A stretch of 64,000 nucleotides of DNA from Desulfatiglandales bacterium (GTDB lineage: Bacteria; Desulfobacterota; DSM-4660; Desulfatiglandales; Desulfatiglandaceae), in NCBI GenBank assembly GCA_963662465.1, contig OY759599.1, positions 3,328,001-3,392,000 on the forward strand. The letters run 5' to 3'. The notes beneath the pieces are model-generated. The model worked only from the letters and a program-made list of their open reading frames with translations, was not told the DNA's origin and ran no database searches. Below are positions 50,836 to 62,111 of this stretch, piece by piece; the first letter of the stretch is position 1, and the number at the start of each line of letters is the position of its first letter. The position numbers were made by a program, and so were the translations under genes.

Positions 50836-52563
50836 ATGAATGAACCACCCAAAATAAAGTCCAATCTGGAATACCTTCGAAAACTCTTTATCATGCCCGA
50901 TTCTCCTGATAAATTCATTGAGTTTGGCAATGAACTGCTGGCGATGATTCATGATTTTTTCCAGGAAAAAGGGGGCATTCACAGCAGTATCAGCCTGCCC
51001 GAACTCAGCAGAATTTTCAACCGGAAATCCATACCCGATGAGCCCCATCTCATCAAAGATGTTTTAGCCGAGATTAAACACAAGATTATCGCGCACTCGG
51101 TTAAAGTGGGCAATCCCTATTATATCGGCCACATGATCAGCGCGGTTCCCTATTTCATGATTCTGCTGGAAATGATCATCGCAGCCCTGAACCAGAATCA
51201 GGTCAAGATTGAAACAGCGAAAGCTTCCAGTTTTGTGGAGCGGGAACTGGTGGCCTGGCTTCACCGCCTGGTTTTTAATCGCAACGATCAATTTTATGAA
51301 AAAAATATTCAAAATCACCGGATTGCACTGGGAAATGTCACCTCCGACGGCACCCTGGCAAATGTAACCGCGCTTCTGGTGGCAAGGGAAAAGGCCTTTC
51401 CCCCCGATGGGAATTTTACCGGTTTCCGTATGGCGGGGATGCATCGTGCGCTTCAACATTATGGATATGACAGGGGCGTGGTGATGGTGTCGACACGGGG
51501 GCATTATTCCATCAAAAAGGCGGTGAATCTGCTGGGTTTGGGCGAAGAAAATGTTGTCACCATTCCGGTTGATGAAAAAAACAGGATTCATATCAGCAGC
51601 CTCCGCCGCAAAATCGATTCTTTCAAGGAACCCGGCCGGCAAGACAGGACCAAGATCATCGCCATTGTGGGAATTGCGGGGACCACCGAAACCGGCAATG
51701 TGGATGACCTTTACACGTTGGGAAAAATTGCCCGTGAAACAGGCGCCCATTTTCATGTGGATGCCTGTTGGGGCGGTTCAGCCTTACTGGCCGATGAATA
51801 TCGAGAGCTGTTAAGGGGGATTGAAAAGGCTGACTCGGTATCCATTGATGCGCATAAACTGCTTTATTGTCCCATGACCATGGGCCTCATCCTGTTTCGA
51901 AACGAGAAAGATCTGAATACGATAAGGCATTCATCAAAATATATTATCAGGCGAAATTCCGTGGATATGGGCCGCTTTACGGTGGAAGGCTCCAGGCCTT
52001 TTGCCGCTTTGAAGCCCTGGGCTTCCCTTAAAATTATCGGGCGAGAGGGTTATGGGATTCTCATGAAGCAGGCTCAAAAGGCCACCGAAAATTTACTGAG
52101 TATGATCGTGCATTGTGGAAATTTTGAAGCGTTGAATGATCCGGACCTGTTTATCCTGACCTACCGTTTCCTGCCCGCACCCCTCAAAAGTCATATGGCG
52201 GTTCTAAAAGAAACCGTCAGCAGGACAAGCGGTCAAAAAAGGAGGACCGCCGAACAGAAAATCAAAAAAATCAATTGCCTGGTGAATGGCTTGAATATCA
52301 AGCTTCACAAAGCCCTCAGGCGGGATGACACCTCATTTGTTTCCCGGACCACCCTGGAATCCACTCGCTACAGGCCGCAGGATATTGTGGTGTTGAGGGC
52401 GGTCCTCATGAATCCCCTGATCAACCGGAAGGTGTTGAGGGAGATTGTGGATACACAAAATCGCATCGGGTTAAACATCTGGAAGGAATTTGAACCCGCC
52501 TACCGGAAAATGATCATCTCCCCTTTCCTCGCCGGTAGTCCCGCAACAGGCGAAGCCCCTTGA
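50836..52563 (+). CDS. panP: Group II PLP-dependent decarboxylase, PanP-like aspartate 1-decarboxylase
   Basis: LNQNQVKIETAK, GTTETG, HVDACWGG, DAHK. Confidence 0.8.
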   Translation: MNEPPKIKSNLEYLRKLFIMPDSPDKFIEFGNELLAMIHDFFQEKGGIHSSISLPELSRIFNRKSIPDEPHLIKDVLAEIKHKIIAHSVKVGNPYYIGHMISAVPYFMILLEMIIAALNQNQVKIETAKASSFVERELVAWLHRLVFNRNDQFYEKNIQNHRIALGNVTSDGTLANVTALLVAREKAFPPDGNFTGFRMAGMHRALQHYGYDRGVVMVSTRGHYSIKKAVNLLGLGEENVVTIPVDEKNRIHISSLRRKIDSFKEPGRQDRTKIIAIVGIAGTTETGNVDDLYTLGKIARETGAHFHVDACWGGSALLADEYRELLRGIEKADSVSIDAHKLLYCPMTMGLILFRNEKDLNTIRHSSKYIIRRNSVDMGRFTVEGSRPFAALKPWASLKIIGREGYGILMKQAQKATENLLSMIVHCGNFEALNDPDLFILTYRFLPAPLKSHMAVLKETVSRTSGQKRRTAEQKIKKINCLVNGLNIKLHKALRRDDTSFVSRTTLESTRYRPQDIVVLRAVLMNPLINRKVLREIVDTQNRIGLNIWKEFEPAYRKMIISPFLAGSPATGEAP

Positions 52564-53893
52564 CGCCTTCCACCGGGTCATTGAATACAGGAAAGATATT
52601 CAGTCTGTTGAAGTCCTCAATGTACCGCCTGTCGGAAAAAAAACTGAGCGCTATGGGCTTACGGTATTTCCGGCTCAAATTTCTGATGAAGTTCAGCATC
52701 TGCTCGGGAGTGGCCATTTCCCCGCCAAAAATCTTCGCCATCTCAGGCTCATACATAAATGACAACACAAGGCCGTCAATGTTGTCCAACGAAAGACATT
52801 GCTTCAGCGTAAATAGCAACGCACTGATATCGTGGACGTCGCCAAAATCCATGGGGTTTGACATGCGGATGACCCCCGCCCGCCGAAAGCTCTCGATTTT
52901 ATGGATGAGTTCATGGGGCAAAGAAGGGCATGAAAACCCATATTTTTCACACGCATCCCCGAGGATTACGGAAAACCCGCCCGACATGGAGATAACGGCC
53001 AAACGATCTCCGTTCATGGGGGGGAGTTGCAGCGCTTTAGCGGCAACCGGCATATGGGACAGCTCCCGCACGCGCAAAACCCCAGCCTGTTTCAAAGCAC
53101 AGTCCACGATTCGGTCGTCATTTGAAAGGGCCGCGGTATGGGAATAGGCAACTACGGACGCTGTTTGACTCACATTGGACTTAAAAATGACAATCGGTTT
53201 TTTCGATTTCCGGGCCAACGTCATCAGTTTTTTCCCGTCTTCAATACTCTCCAGATACATGTGGATCTGATCCGTATCCACATCTTCCATGAGATATTCC
53301 AGAAAATCGATTTCATTTAGGTCCAACTTATTGCCCATACTGATGATTTTTGAAAATCCCACATGTTCTTCGGAAAAAAGATAGGCCGACTGGGTGGTGA
53401 CGCCGCCGCTCTGCACAATCAGTCCCACAAGCCCCTTCTTGAAGCTTTTGACCCGCATGGGGTTGAATGGGGTACAAAGACCGGAGGCGGTACAGATGAC
53501 GCCGATGCAGTTGGGGCCGATAAATCGAATGCCGTATTCCCGGGCCACCCGGATAATATTTTTCTCCGCCTCGTTATCCCGGTGTTCAAATTCACGGAAT
53601 CCTCCGGTGGAAACAACGGCATGGCGTATCCCTTTTTTTCCACAGGTTTCAAGCGTTTCCGCTACAAACCGCGCCGGCACCAGAATCACCGCCAGATCGA
53701 TCCCCCCGGGCAGCGCGTCGGGGTTGGTGATGATTTTTTTTCCATGCACATAGCCGTTTTCCAGCCCAATTGGATAAATTGCGCCTTTGAAACCCATCTC
53801 AAGGGAATTTGAAATAATGGTTTTGCCCAGATTTCTTGAATTATCCGCCACGCCAAAAACTGCCAGGGAAGAAGGATTGAAGAATTTTCTCAT
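52514..53893 (-). CDS. Acyl-CoA synthetase (NDP-forming) alpha subunit-like
   Basis: CoA-binding N-terminus, GPNCIG, QSGG, SHTAAL. Confidence 0.85.
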   Translation of the reverse strand: MRKFFNPSSLAVFGVADNSRNLGKTIISNSLEMGFKGAIYPIGLENGYVHGKKIITNPDALPGGIDLAVILVPARFVAETLETCGKKGIRHAVVSTGGFREFEHRDNEAEKNIIRVAREYGIRFIGPNCIGVICTASGLCTPFNPMRVKSFKKGLVGLIVQSGGVTTQSAYLFSEEHVGFSKIISMGNKLDLNEIDFLEYLMEDVDTDQIHMYLESIEDGKKLMTLARKSKKPIVIFKSNVSQTASVVAYSHTAALSNDDRIVDCALKQAGVLRVRELSHMPVAAKALQLPPMNGDRLAVISMSGGFSVILGDACEKYGFSCPSLPHELIHKIESFRRAGVIRMSNPMDFGDVHDISALLFTLKQCLSLDNIDGLVLSFMYEPEMAKIFGGEMATPEQMLNFIRNLSRKYRKPIALSFFSDRRYIEDFNRLNIFPVFNDPVEGVKGLRLLRDYRRGKGR

Positions 53894-54495
53894 ATTATTT
53901 CACCTATATCGTACCGTTCATTTTCATTGATTTTCACACGAGCATAAATATTCCGCAAGGACAATTCAACGCCCACGGATTTAAGGGTGAACACGTCGGA
54001 TTGCGATTTGTATTCATCCAGAACCCATTGGCCTTTGTCATTTTTTTGAAAATGCTCTACATGAAGGGAATACTGGTCCACCAGAATATAGTCTTTTAAA
54101 GAAACGATGTTGCGATAGGCCATAAACTTGCTTCCCCGGTCATAATCCTTCGTGGAGTTGGAAAGGATCTTAAAGAGTACAATGGGGTTTGTAATGACAT
54201 CGTCCCCTTCCCCCAAAAATTCAACCTCATGGCATACAACGCTCACGTCGGGATAAACGTAGTGACGGGCCTTGTTCACCTGAATTTTCATGTCGCTTGC
54301 AAGGACATGACATGGGGAATTCCGAAGCGCACCGTGCAGGGCGGATGAAATATTCACGGCGATCAGATTGTGATTGAAGGAAGCGCCGGTCATGGCAAAG
54401 ATCTCACCATCACAATACTCGTTCTTGTTTTCCGCGTGTCTCTCCAGCTCAAAATAGGCTTCAGGGGAAACATATTTCTTTTCCGGTTGCGCCAT
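53890..54495 (-). CDS. Uma2-family endonuclease
   Basis: [26 protein letters not shown]. Confidence 0.88.
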   Translation of the reverse strand: MAQPEKKYVSPEAYFELERHAENKNEYCDGEIFAMTGASFNHNLIAVNISSALHGALRNSPCHVLASDMKIQVNKARHYVYPDVSVVCHEVEFLGEGDDVITNPIVLFKILSNSTKDYDRGSKFMAYRNIVSLKDYILVDQYSLHVEHFQKNDKGQWVLDEYKSQSDVFTLKSVGVELSLRNIYARVKINENERYDIGEII

Positions 54496-54739
54496 TGGGT
54501 TCCCTCCTTCTGAAATACAACAGACCCCCGTCGACTTAAAATATCCCGCACTTTTTCAAAGGGATATCCGTCATTGTTGGCATCCTTCCCGTTTTGAACA
54601 CGATTCACAGGATTAAACACGATGAACAGGATTAGAATCCGGCGTCCGGACAAGTTCCTTCAAAGCCCTTTACACCCTTTTGTTTGCGTTTCATCAGCCA
54701 AGGGCAATCCTGTCCATCATTTAATCTTTCAAATCGTGT

Positions 54740-56515
54740 TCAAACATTTTGTCCCGGCTTGCGACTGTAGCCAACAGCATCACGCAATGTCGTCCTCAGC
54801 TCCTCCAAGCCGAAAGGCTTGGAAATTGCGCCGCAAAAACCGTGTTCCCGAAAGTTGCTGACAATAGGGTCATTGGTGTAACCGGTCGCAACAATCGCCT
54901 TAACGTCAGGATCAATCTCCAACAATTTCACGATCGTCTCGACCCCTCCCATGCCGATTTTATTGGTCAAGTCCAGGATAACCACATCAAAAGGTTTCTC
55001 CGATTCCATTGCCTTTCCGTATCTTTCAATCGCTTCAAAACCTTCCACGGCGACCTCCGCCTCATATCCGAGGTGCGTCAGCAACCTGTCCGTGACCTCC
55101 CGAACCTTTTCCTCATCGTCCATCACCAGAATTCTTTGGATTGTTGATTGGCGATTGGGCGCCAACATCATTACGCCGGGCGCCGGGCGCTTTGCTCTCC
55201 GGGCGTTCGGAAGCGGGGAGGTAGATGGAAAGCGTTGTTCCTTTCCCCAATTCAGAGGCGACCGTGATGATGCCATCGTGTTTCTTTACAATTGAATCAG
55301 ATACCGCAAGCCCTAATCCCATCCCTTTTTCAGCACCCATCTCTTTGAACGACAGCAGATATCAGAACGTTTTAAAGAAGCGCCCACGGCGTCTTTTACC
55401 AGGTCGCCCATGCGGACGCTTTTCTTTATGGGTCCTCCCCCCTTGGCAAATGTAATCAACCGGGCCGTCAACGCCTTTGTCTTAAGGGATGCCTTTTCCG
55501 CCTTGATCAGGTATTCAAGGGCCTTGCTCTCCGGCTTCAAGTTCATTCCGGCCAGGGAAATATTGCCCAAAACGGCGGTCATAAGATTATTGAAATCATG
55601 GGCAATGCCACCCGCGAGGACACCAAGCGCTTTAAGTTTTCGGGCCTTTAGAAGGGCCTCTTCGGCCGCCTTGCGCATGGTGATGTCAGCCATGACTCCG
55701 AGGTTCCCGAGGTAGTTGTCCTCCGAATCGTAAAAGGGTCTGGGAGAACATAACACGAAGATCTTTTCCCCATCGGCCCGGACCAACTCAAGTTCATACT
55801 TTTCCGCTTTCCCCTGCCCGCGCCTCACATACTCCTCTTGAACCTTTGCTTGATATGCCTCGCTCGCTAATTCATGAAACCGACGACCCATAAGCCTCTC
55901 GCGGGTATGGCCCATCATTTCCGCGAACCGTTCGTTTATAAAGGTCATGCGCCAGTTTTCGTCCACCTCCACCAGTCCTTCATTCATGGTGTCCACCAGG
56001 GTGCGATACCGGTCCCTTGACAATCGAAGTTCCGATTGCGTTGTGCGAAGTTCCTCATTTTGCATTTCCAATTCGACCTGGTGCGCACGCAGCTCGTTTT
56101 TCAAGCGGTTGTTTGACAATATTAATCCGCGCTTTTCCAAAGCCCTGTTTACCGATAAAAGGAGGGCATCGATATCTTCCAGGGGCTTGGTCAGGTAATC
56201 ATAGGCCCCGTCGTCCCTTAATGCCTGAATGGCATTTTCCAGGGTGGCATAACCGGTGAGAATGATGATCTCCACATCTTCGGCCAATCTCTTGACTTCC
56301 CTGACAACCGCCAGACCGTCCATGCCCGGCATTTTCATGTCCGTGATAACAAGATCAAAGTTTTCGGTTTTGAAAATCCGGATGGCTTCCCCGCCACTCA
56401 GGGCCTTTTGTACCGCAAACCCTTCTTCGGTTAAAATGGATTCAAGCAATTCAAGGATTTCCGGTTCATCGTCGATGATGAGAATTCTTTCATTCATTTT
56501 ATTCACTCCTTTCAA
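54740..56515 (-). pseudogene. Hybrid sensor kinase (REC-PAS-HisKA-HATPase-REC), internally deleted and frameshifted
   Basis: AHDFNN H-box; HATPase N/G1 boxes missing near 55340; G2 box and final REC in other frames. Confidence 0.8.
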
Positions 56516-58216
56516 TCGGTAATGTGATCCGAAACGTTGTTCCAGCCGGCCCGGTTTCGCTCACCTCGATCTCGCCCCCATGCGCCTTGATGATCCCGTA
56601 ACTGATGGAAAGCCCCAACCCCGTCCCCTGGCCCACCTCTTTGGTGGTGAAAAAAGGATCGAAAATATCTTTCAGTGCCTCTTGGGGTATCCCGCAGCCA
56701 TTGTCCCGGACGAGGATCTCGATTGCGGATTGCGGATTGCGGATTGCGGATTTTCCCACCGGAAATGTGGTGGGTTTTGGGCTGCTTTCCGTGTCACGCA
56801 CCCTTGTGCTGATCTCTATTTTTCCCCTATATTCAGGAGCTTTCCCATTTTCCTCCGGATCCCCATTCCGAAATCCGAAATCCGAAATCCAATGGCGTCC
56901 CGGGCATTGGTGAGCAAATTGAGAAGGATCTGCTCCAGCTGGTTGGGGTCTCCCAGAACCTTGGGAAGATCGTTGGAAAAATCCAGCGACACCTCGATGT
57001 TTCTCAGCTTGAGTTGCTCGCCGATCATCATAAAGGAATCCTGAATGATCCCGTTCACATCCACGGGCGCAAACGCCCCTTTTGATTGACGCGAAAAAGT
57101 CCGCAAATGGTTGATGATATTCATCATCCGCTTGGTGTTTTTTTCAATGGCGTTCAAACTTTCAACCAGTGCGGCCGTATCCAGGGAATTTTTGCCCTGT
57201 CTTCTTAAGGTGAGCTGAGCCGTACCTCGAATAACCATCAGGGGCTGATTCAATTCATGGGCCACGCCCGCGGCCAGCTCGCCGATGGAGGCCAGTTTCG
57301 CCGACTGGACCAACTGGGTCTGAACGTTCTTGAGATCATCGTAGGCCTTTTGGAGCGCCTCCTCCGCCTGTTTACGGTCCGTAATGTCAAACCAGCAGCC
57401 GATAATCTCCACTGGTTTTCCCTCGCCGTCCCGCACAAGCGTGATCTCGTCGCGCATCCAGCGATAACTTCCGTCTTTGTGGGGGAACCGATACTCGTGT
57501 ATGAGGCGCCCATACTCAAAAACACGAGCCGCCCCGGCAAGGACGCGAGGGGCATCTTCAGGGTGAATACGGTCAGCCCAAAATCCTGAATCCTCAATGA
57601 ACTCACGAGGCTGATAACCCAGCTGTCGGGTGATGTTGTCGCTGATGAAGGTGCCCCCATAGTTTCCCTCGGCCTTGCAGGTATAGATCACCGCCGGGCT
57701 GGACGAAACCAGATACTGGAATCGCGCTTTGCTTTCCCGCAGCGCCGCCTCCGTCCGCTTGTGCTCAGAAATATCCGTCACGGTTCCAATCATGCGCAAG
57801 GGTTGGCCGGTCGCATCCCTCTCAACCACACGACCTCGACCCAGCACCCATTTCCATTCCCCGGTTTTGGTACGAAGTCGGTGTTCTTTTTGCCAGGAAT
57901 CAGTTTTTCCTTTAAGGTGATCTTGGAGCGTTAAGAGTGCAAGCGCCTGATCCTCCGGATGAATTCTATTTTCCCATGAACCATATTCTGAAGCGACATC
58001 TGATTCGCCCAAAATCTTTGACCACGACGGGCTATAATAAACTTCACCCGATAGCACTTTCCAATCCCACAGACCATCAGTCGTTGCATCCATGGCAAGC
58101 CGATAGATTTCTCCGCTCTCCCGCAACGCCTCCTGGGCGTGTTTACAGTCAGCGGTTTCGCTTTCTAATGCCTTTACCCGATTTTCCAATTCCTGGTAGG
58201 TTGGTTTTTTGACCAT
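56499..58216 (-). pseudogene. PAS-PAS sensor histidine kinase, frameshifted in HATPase at a heptamer repeat
   Basis: AHELNQP and NARDA in 56816-58216; DNGCG, FFTTK and GTGLGL in 56499-56801. Confidence 0.85.
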
Positions 58217-58250
58217 CAGGAAACTCTCCTCAAGACAGCCTCAAATGCCG

Positions 58251-59660
58251 TCATGGCTCATCCTTTGATCGCGGCAATTTGACAATAAAGGTGGAACCTC
58301 TCTTCAATCGGCTATCCACATGCACCGTTCCCCCGTGGGCATGAACGATGGCCTTCACAAAACTGAGCCCAAGTCCCAACCCTCTCTTGGATCTGCTGGC
58401 ATCGCCGCGATACAGACGCTCCCATATCCTGGAAACCTCGTTTTCAGCAATGCCCATGCCTTCATCGGATACGGAAACAACAACGTTTAACCCCTCTTCA
58501 CGGGCATCGATTTTCACGGTTCCGCCGTTACCCCCATATTTCAGGGCATTATCCAGCAGGTTGGCCAGCACCTGCAGCAGCCGGGTTCGATCGGCATGGA
58601 TCATCAGCATATCGGGTGAGTTCACAACCACCGTCGTGTCCTGATCTTCCGCCACAATCTCATAAAGGTCTACCACATCGCGGATCATCTGGGAAACAGA
58701 CAGGAGGGTTTTTTCCAATCGCATGGCCCCGGTTTCCGCTTCCGCCACATCCATTAAGGTATTGAGCATGGTCAGCACCCGCTCCGATTCTTCCATGCAA
58801 TCGGCGAGCGCTTCCTGGCAGTCCTCCCGGTTTTCAGGGTCCTGGAGGGCAACTTCCGCCACGCCCCGAAGGCGCGTCATGGGCGTCCGCAAATCGTGGG
58901 CCACATTGTCCAAGGAATTGTGCATGGCCTGGATAAGCAAATCGTTTTTATCCAGCATCCGGTTAAACAGCCCCACCAGTTCGTCCATCTCTCCCCGTTC
59001 CCGGCGAACCGGCACACGAAGGCTCATTTCGCCGGTTTTCAGGATATTCTTGACGGTCTCAATGAGATTCCGGATGGGCTTCATGGCGCGAAAGGCGACC
59101 ATCCCCCCGCCGATAACGCCCAGCAAAAGAATGGGAATCATGAATATAATGAAGACGGTTCTAAAATAGGAGAGGAGTTCCCGGCTTCGGGCCGAACTCT
59201 TTCCCACCTGAAGGGTAAGGCCGCCGGGCAAAGGCGCCATACCCACAGTCCAGGAGCCTTTTTCAGCGGTCCCTTCCAAGGAAAGCCAGAAATCTTTTTT
59301 ACCCGGCTGGACCGCCCCTAAACGGCGAGGGTCGAGCCCTTCAAATCCAGGGGGAAATTTCACAAACAGAACCTGGTTCAAGGGTCCCACGATACGAACG
59401 AAAAAAATATCTCCCGCCGGGTTGATTTGTTCATCAAAGCGCGCCTTGAGGGCTCGAATCCCTCCTTCTTCATACCAGGCCTGGTATTCCAGAATCCGGT
59501 CCTTGACGATCTCCCGCTCCCGCTGTTCAACCAGATTGCCGATCAGATAATAGGCCACCACGAAGAGTCCGCCCGAGGCAATGACAAAAAAGAGCGCATA
59601 CATAACGCTCAATTTCAGACTGAAGGTCAGCCCCGCCCGGCTACGGCGCCTTGACGACAT
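58251..59660 (-). CDS. HAMP sensor histidine kinase
   Basis: Two TM segments, AHDLRTP, NALKY, GLGLGL. Confidence 0.93.
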   Translation of the reverse strand: MSSRRRSRAGLTFSLKLSVMYALFFVIASGGLFVVAYYLIGNLVEQREREIVKDRILEYQAWYEEGGIRALKARFDEQINPAGDIFFVRIVGPLNQVLFVKFPPGFEGLDPRRLGAVQPGKKDFWLSLEGTAEKGSWTVGMAPLPGGLTLQVGKSSARSRELLSYFRTVFIIFMIPILLLGVIGGGMVAFRAMKPIRNLIETVKNILKTGEMSLRVPVRRERGEMDELVGLFNRMLDKNDLLIQAMHNSLDNVAHDLRTPMTRLRGVAEVALQDPENREDCQEALADCMEESERVLTMLNTLMDVAEAETGAMRLEKTLLSVSQMIRDVVDLYEIVAEDQDTTVVVNSPDMLMIHADRTRLLQVLANLLDNALKYGGNGGTVKIDAREEGLNVVVSVSDEGMGIAENEVSRIWERLYRGDASRSKRGLGLGLSFVKAIVHAHGGTVHVDSRLKRGSTFIVKLPRSKDEP

Positions 59661-60315
59661 AACCCATACCGCGCACCGTGTGGATCAGTTTTTTATCAAA
59701 CCCCTTATCGATTTTGTTGCGCACACGACAGACCAGGACATCCACCACATTGGTCTGGGGATCGAAGCTGTAGTCGTAGACATGTTCCAGAATGGATGTT
59801 TTGGAAACGATACGCCCCTTATTTCGCACCAGGTGTTCCAACAGGGCAAATTCCCGGGACGGCAGGCTGATCTCCTGCTTTCCCCGTTCCACCTCACGGG
59901 TCAACAAATCCAGGGTCAGGTCTCCGGCATGAAGCGTCGACGGTTCCGCAACTCGGGTTGACCGTCGAATGAGCGCGTGAATGCGGGCCAGGAGTTCGGA
60001 GAATGAAAACGGCTTGGTCATATAATCATCCCCACCGGTTTGAAGGCCCTTGACCCGATCGTCCACGGACCGTTTTGCGCTGAGAATAATCACGGGGGTG
60101 GTGATCTTTTTCTGTCTGAGCCTCTCAATAAGGGATAATCCGTCAAGCCCCGGCAGCATGATATCGACAACAGCCGCATCATAGGGTTCGGTCTGTCCCA
60201 GATGAAGACCGTCCACCCCATCATGGACCACATCCACGGCGAACCCAGCCTCTTTTAAACCATTTGCAATAAAGGAGGCGATTTTAGGGTCATCTTCAAC
60301 GACTAAAATTCTCAT
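59641..60315 (-). CDS. OmpR/CusR-family response regulator
   Basis: REC plus winged helix, HTVRGMGY. Confidence 0.93.
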   Translation of the reverse strand: MRILVVEDDPKIASFIANGLKEAGFAVDVVHDGVDGLHLGQTEPYDAAVVDIMLPGLDGLSLIERLRQKKITTPVIILSAKRSVDDRVKGLQTGGDDYMTKPFSFSELLARIHALIRRSTRVAEPSTLHAGDLTLDLLTREVERGKQEISLPSREFALLEHLVRNKGRIVSKTSILEHVYDYSFDPQTNVVDVLVCRVRNKIDKGFDKKLIHTVRGMGYVVKAP

Positions 60316-60368
60316 CAGGAGCTTCCCCTGTCATGAACCGGAATTTCATCAGATGTTGTAAAGCCCCC

Positions 60369-60403
60369 AAAAAAAAGCGCCCCCTCGAAATTCGAGGGAG
60401 CGC
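60369..60403 (-). terminator. Intrinsic terminator after csp
   Basis: GC-rich hairpin followed by T8 on the minus strand. Confidence 0.7.
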
Positions 60404-60427
60404 CTGGACAGTCAAAAAAGCTATAAG

Positions 60428-60628
60428 TTACGATACCTTAACATTCGCAGCCGAAGGACCTTTCTGCCCCTGCTCGATATCAAAGGTAACCCGATCCCCC
60501 TCGTTCAAGGACTTGAAGCCTTCCATGAGGATGGCGGAATGATGAACAAACACATCCGGGCCATCTTCCTGTTCGATAAAGCCAAAACCCTTCTGATCGC
60601 TGAACCACTTTACAGTCCCATTTGCCAT
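60428..60628 (-). CDS. Cold-shock protein
   Basis: GTVKWF..KGFGFI..DVFVHHS. Confidence 0.95.
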   Translation of the reverse strand: MANGTVKWFSDQKGFGFIEQEDGPDVFVHHSAILMEGFKSLNEGDRVTFDIEQGQKGPSAANVKVS

Positions 60629-60838
60629 TGTGACGTCTCCTTTTCTTTCCAAATAAATCCACACTACCATACTTGCGGCTGCCACTTTGAAAATGGTATT
60701 TCGTCTGAGAACGAAGCCAGCCTACGAGCTAGGGGGAGGAAAATTAATAATGGTTTGGAAATTACCATGATTTAAAAAAAAATCAAGCTTTTTTTCACCA
60801 ATTTCTAATTCACACTGCATTTTTTTATAAATACCCCT

Positions 60839-62089
60839 TTAGGCCTCGCACCACAGCCCACATAATCGAACAATCACCTCCGCGCCCTTTTCAAGGGCAA
60901 TCACTGGAATCCACTCGGTTTTTGAGTGAATCATCATGGCGCCGGTAAAGATATTCGGCGTGGGCAACCCCATAAAGCAGAGTCGCGCCCCGTCCGTCCC
61001 CCCGCGAATGGGATTTTCCCGTACAACTATCCCCGAGGCCTTTATGGCCATTCGGGCCTTCTCCGCCACCTCTGGATACCGACGCAAAACCTCCCGCATG
61101 TTATGGTATTGATCTTTGGCGTTAACATCGATCCGAAGTCCCGGATAGCGCAATTCAAATACCTTGGCCAATTGTTTCAGGCAATCCATACGACGCTGAT
61201 TTTCGGCGCCGGCGAAATCCCGAATAATGAACTTGATCGTGGCTGAATTCTCATCGCCTTTTATTTGGGTCAAATGATAAAAGCCTTCACGATTCTCCGT
61301 ATGTTCAGGGCTTTCCCATTCAGGGAGCGCCGCAACAAAACGGGCGGCCAGGGCCGCGGCATTCACCATTCTATTTTTAGCATAACCGGGGTGAATATTG
61401 CGACCATGAAAAACCAGGGTCAATTCCCAGGCGTCAAAACACTCCTGCTCAATGTCCCCCATCATGCCGCCATCCATGGTGTATCCAAATTTTCCCAGCC
61501 GTTTCGTTTGAATGAAATCCGTACCGGCGCCAATCTCTTCATCCGGGGTAAAGACAATTCGCAATTCCGGGTGGGGCAGTTCCGGAAAAGCTTGAAATGC
61601 GCTCAAGGCGGCCATAATCTCGGCAATGCCCGCCTTGTCGTCGGCGCCCAGGAGGGTGCGCCCATCGCTTGTAATGAGCGTTTCACCGATGAACTGCAAC
61701 AGCTCCGGCGATTCCAAAGGCGTTAAAGCAGGGGCGCCGGAACCTGGAAACCGAATATCGCGCCCATCATAATCCGTAATCACCACGGGCGTCACATCCG
61801 CGCCGGATTCCGAAGGAGACGTGTCCAAATGCGAACAAAAGGTAATAGCGGGACCCACAAAACCTTCAGAGGCCGGCAAGACAGCATACCCATAGCAGTG
61901 GGCATCAAGCTCGACATCTGATAACCCCAGATCAAGGAGTTCTTCCCTCAAAAGTCGGCCCAGCACCCATTGACCCTCCGAGGAAGGATACATGTTGGCA
62001 TCCGGATCGGATTGCGTATCAATCCGCACGTACCGTAAAAAACGTTCACGGGCCTCCTTTCGCAAAAAGGCCCTTATTTTCTTATTCAT
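60839..62089 (-). CDS. pepT: Peptidase T
   Basis: HLDT, LLGADDKAG, FTPDEEIG, IRGGTDG. Confidence 0.95.
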   Translation of the reverse strand: MNKKIRAFLRKEARERFLRYVRIDTQSDPDANMYPSSEGQWVLGRLLREELLDLGLSDVELDAHCYGYAVLPASEGFVGPAITFCSHLDTSPSESGADVTPVVITDYDGRDIRFPGSGAPALTPLESPELLQFIGETLITSDGRTLLGADDKAGIAEIMAALSAFQAFPELPHPELRIVFTPDEEIGAGTDFIQTKRLGKFGYTMDGGMMGDIEQECFDAWELTLVFHGRNIHPGYAKNRMVNAAALAARFVAALPEWESPEHTENREGFYHLTQIKGDENSATIKFIIRDFAGAENQRRMDCLKQLAKVFELRYPGLRIDVNAKDQYHNMREVLRRYPEVAEKARMAIKASGIVVRENPIRGGTDGARLCFMGLPTPNIFTGAMMIHSKTEWIPVIALEKGAEVIVRLCGLWCEA

Positions 62090-62111
62090 GAAGCAATCCT
62101 TTCCTGTTTTT

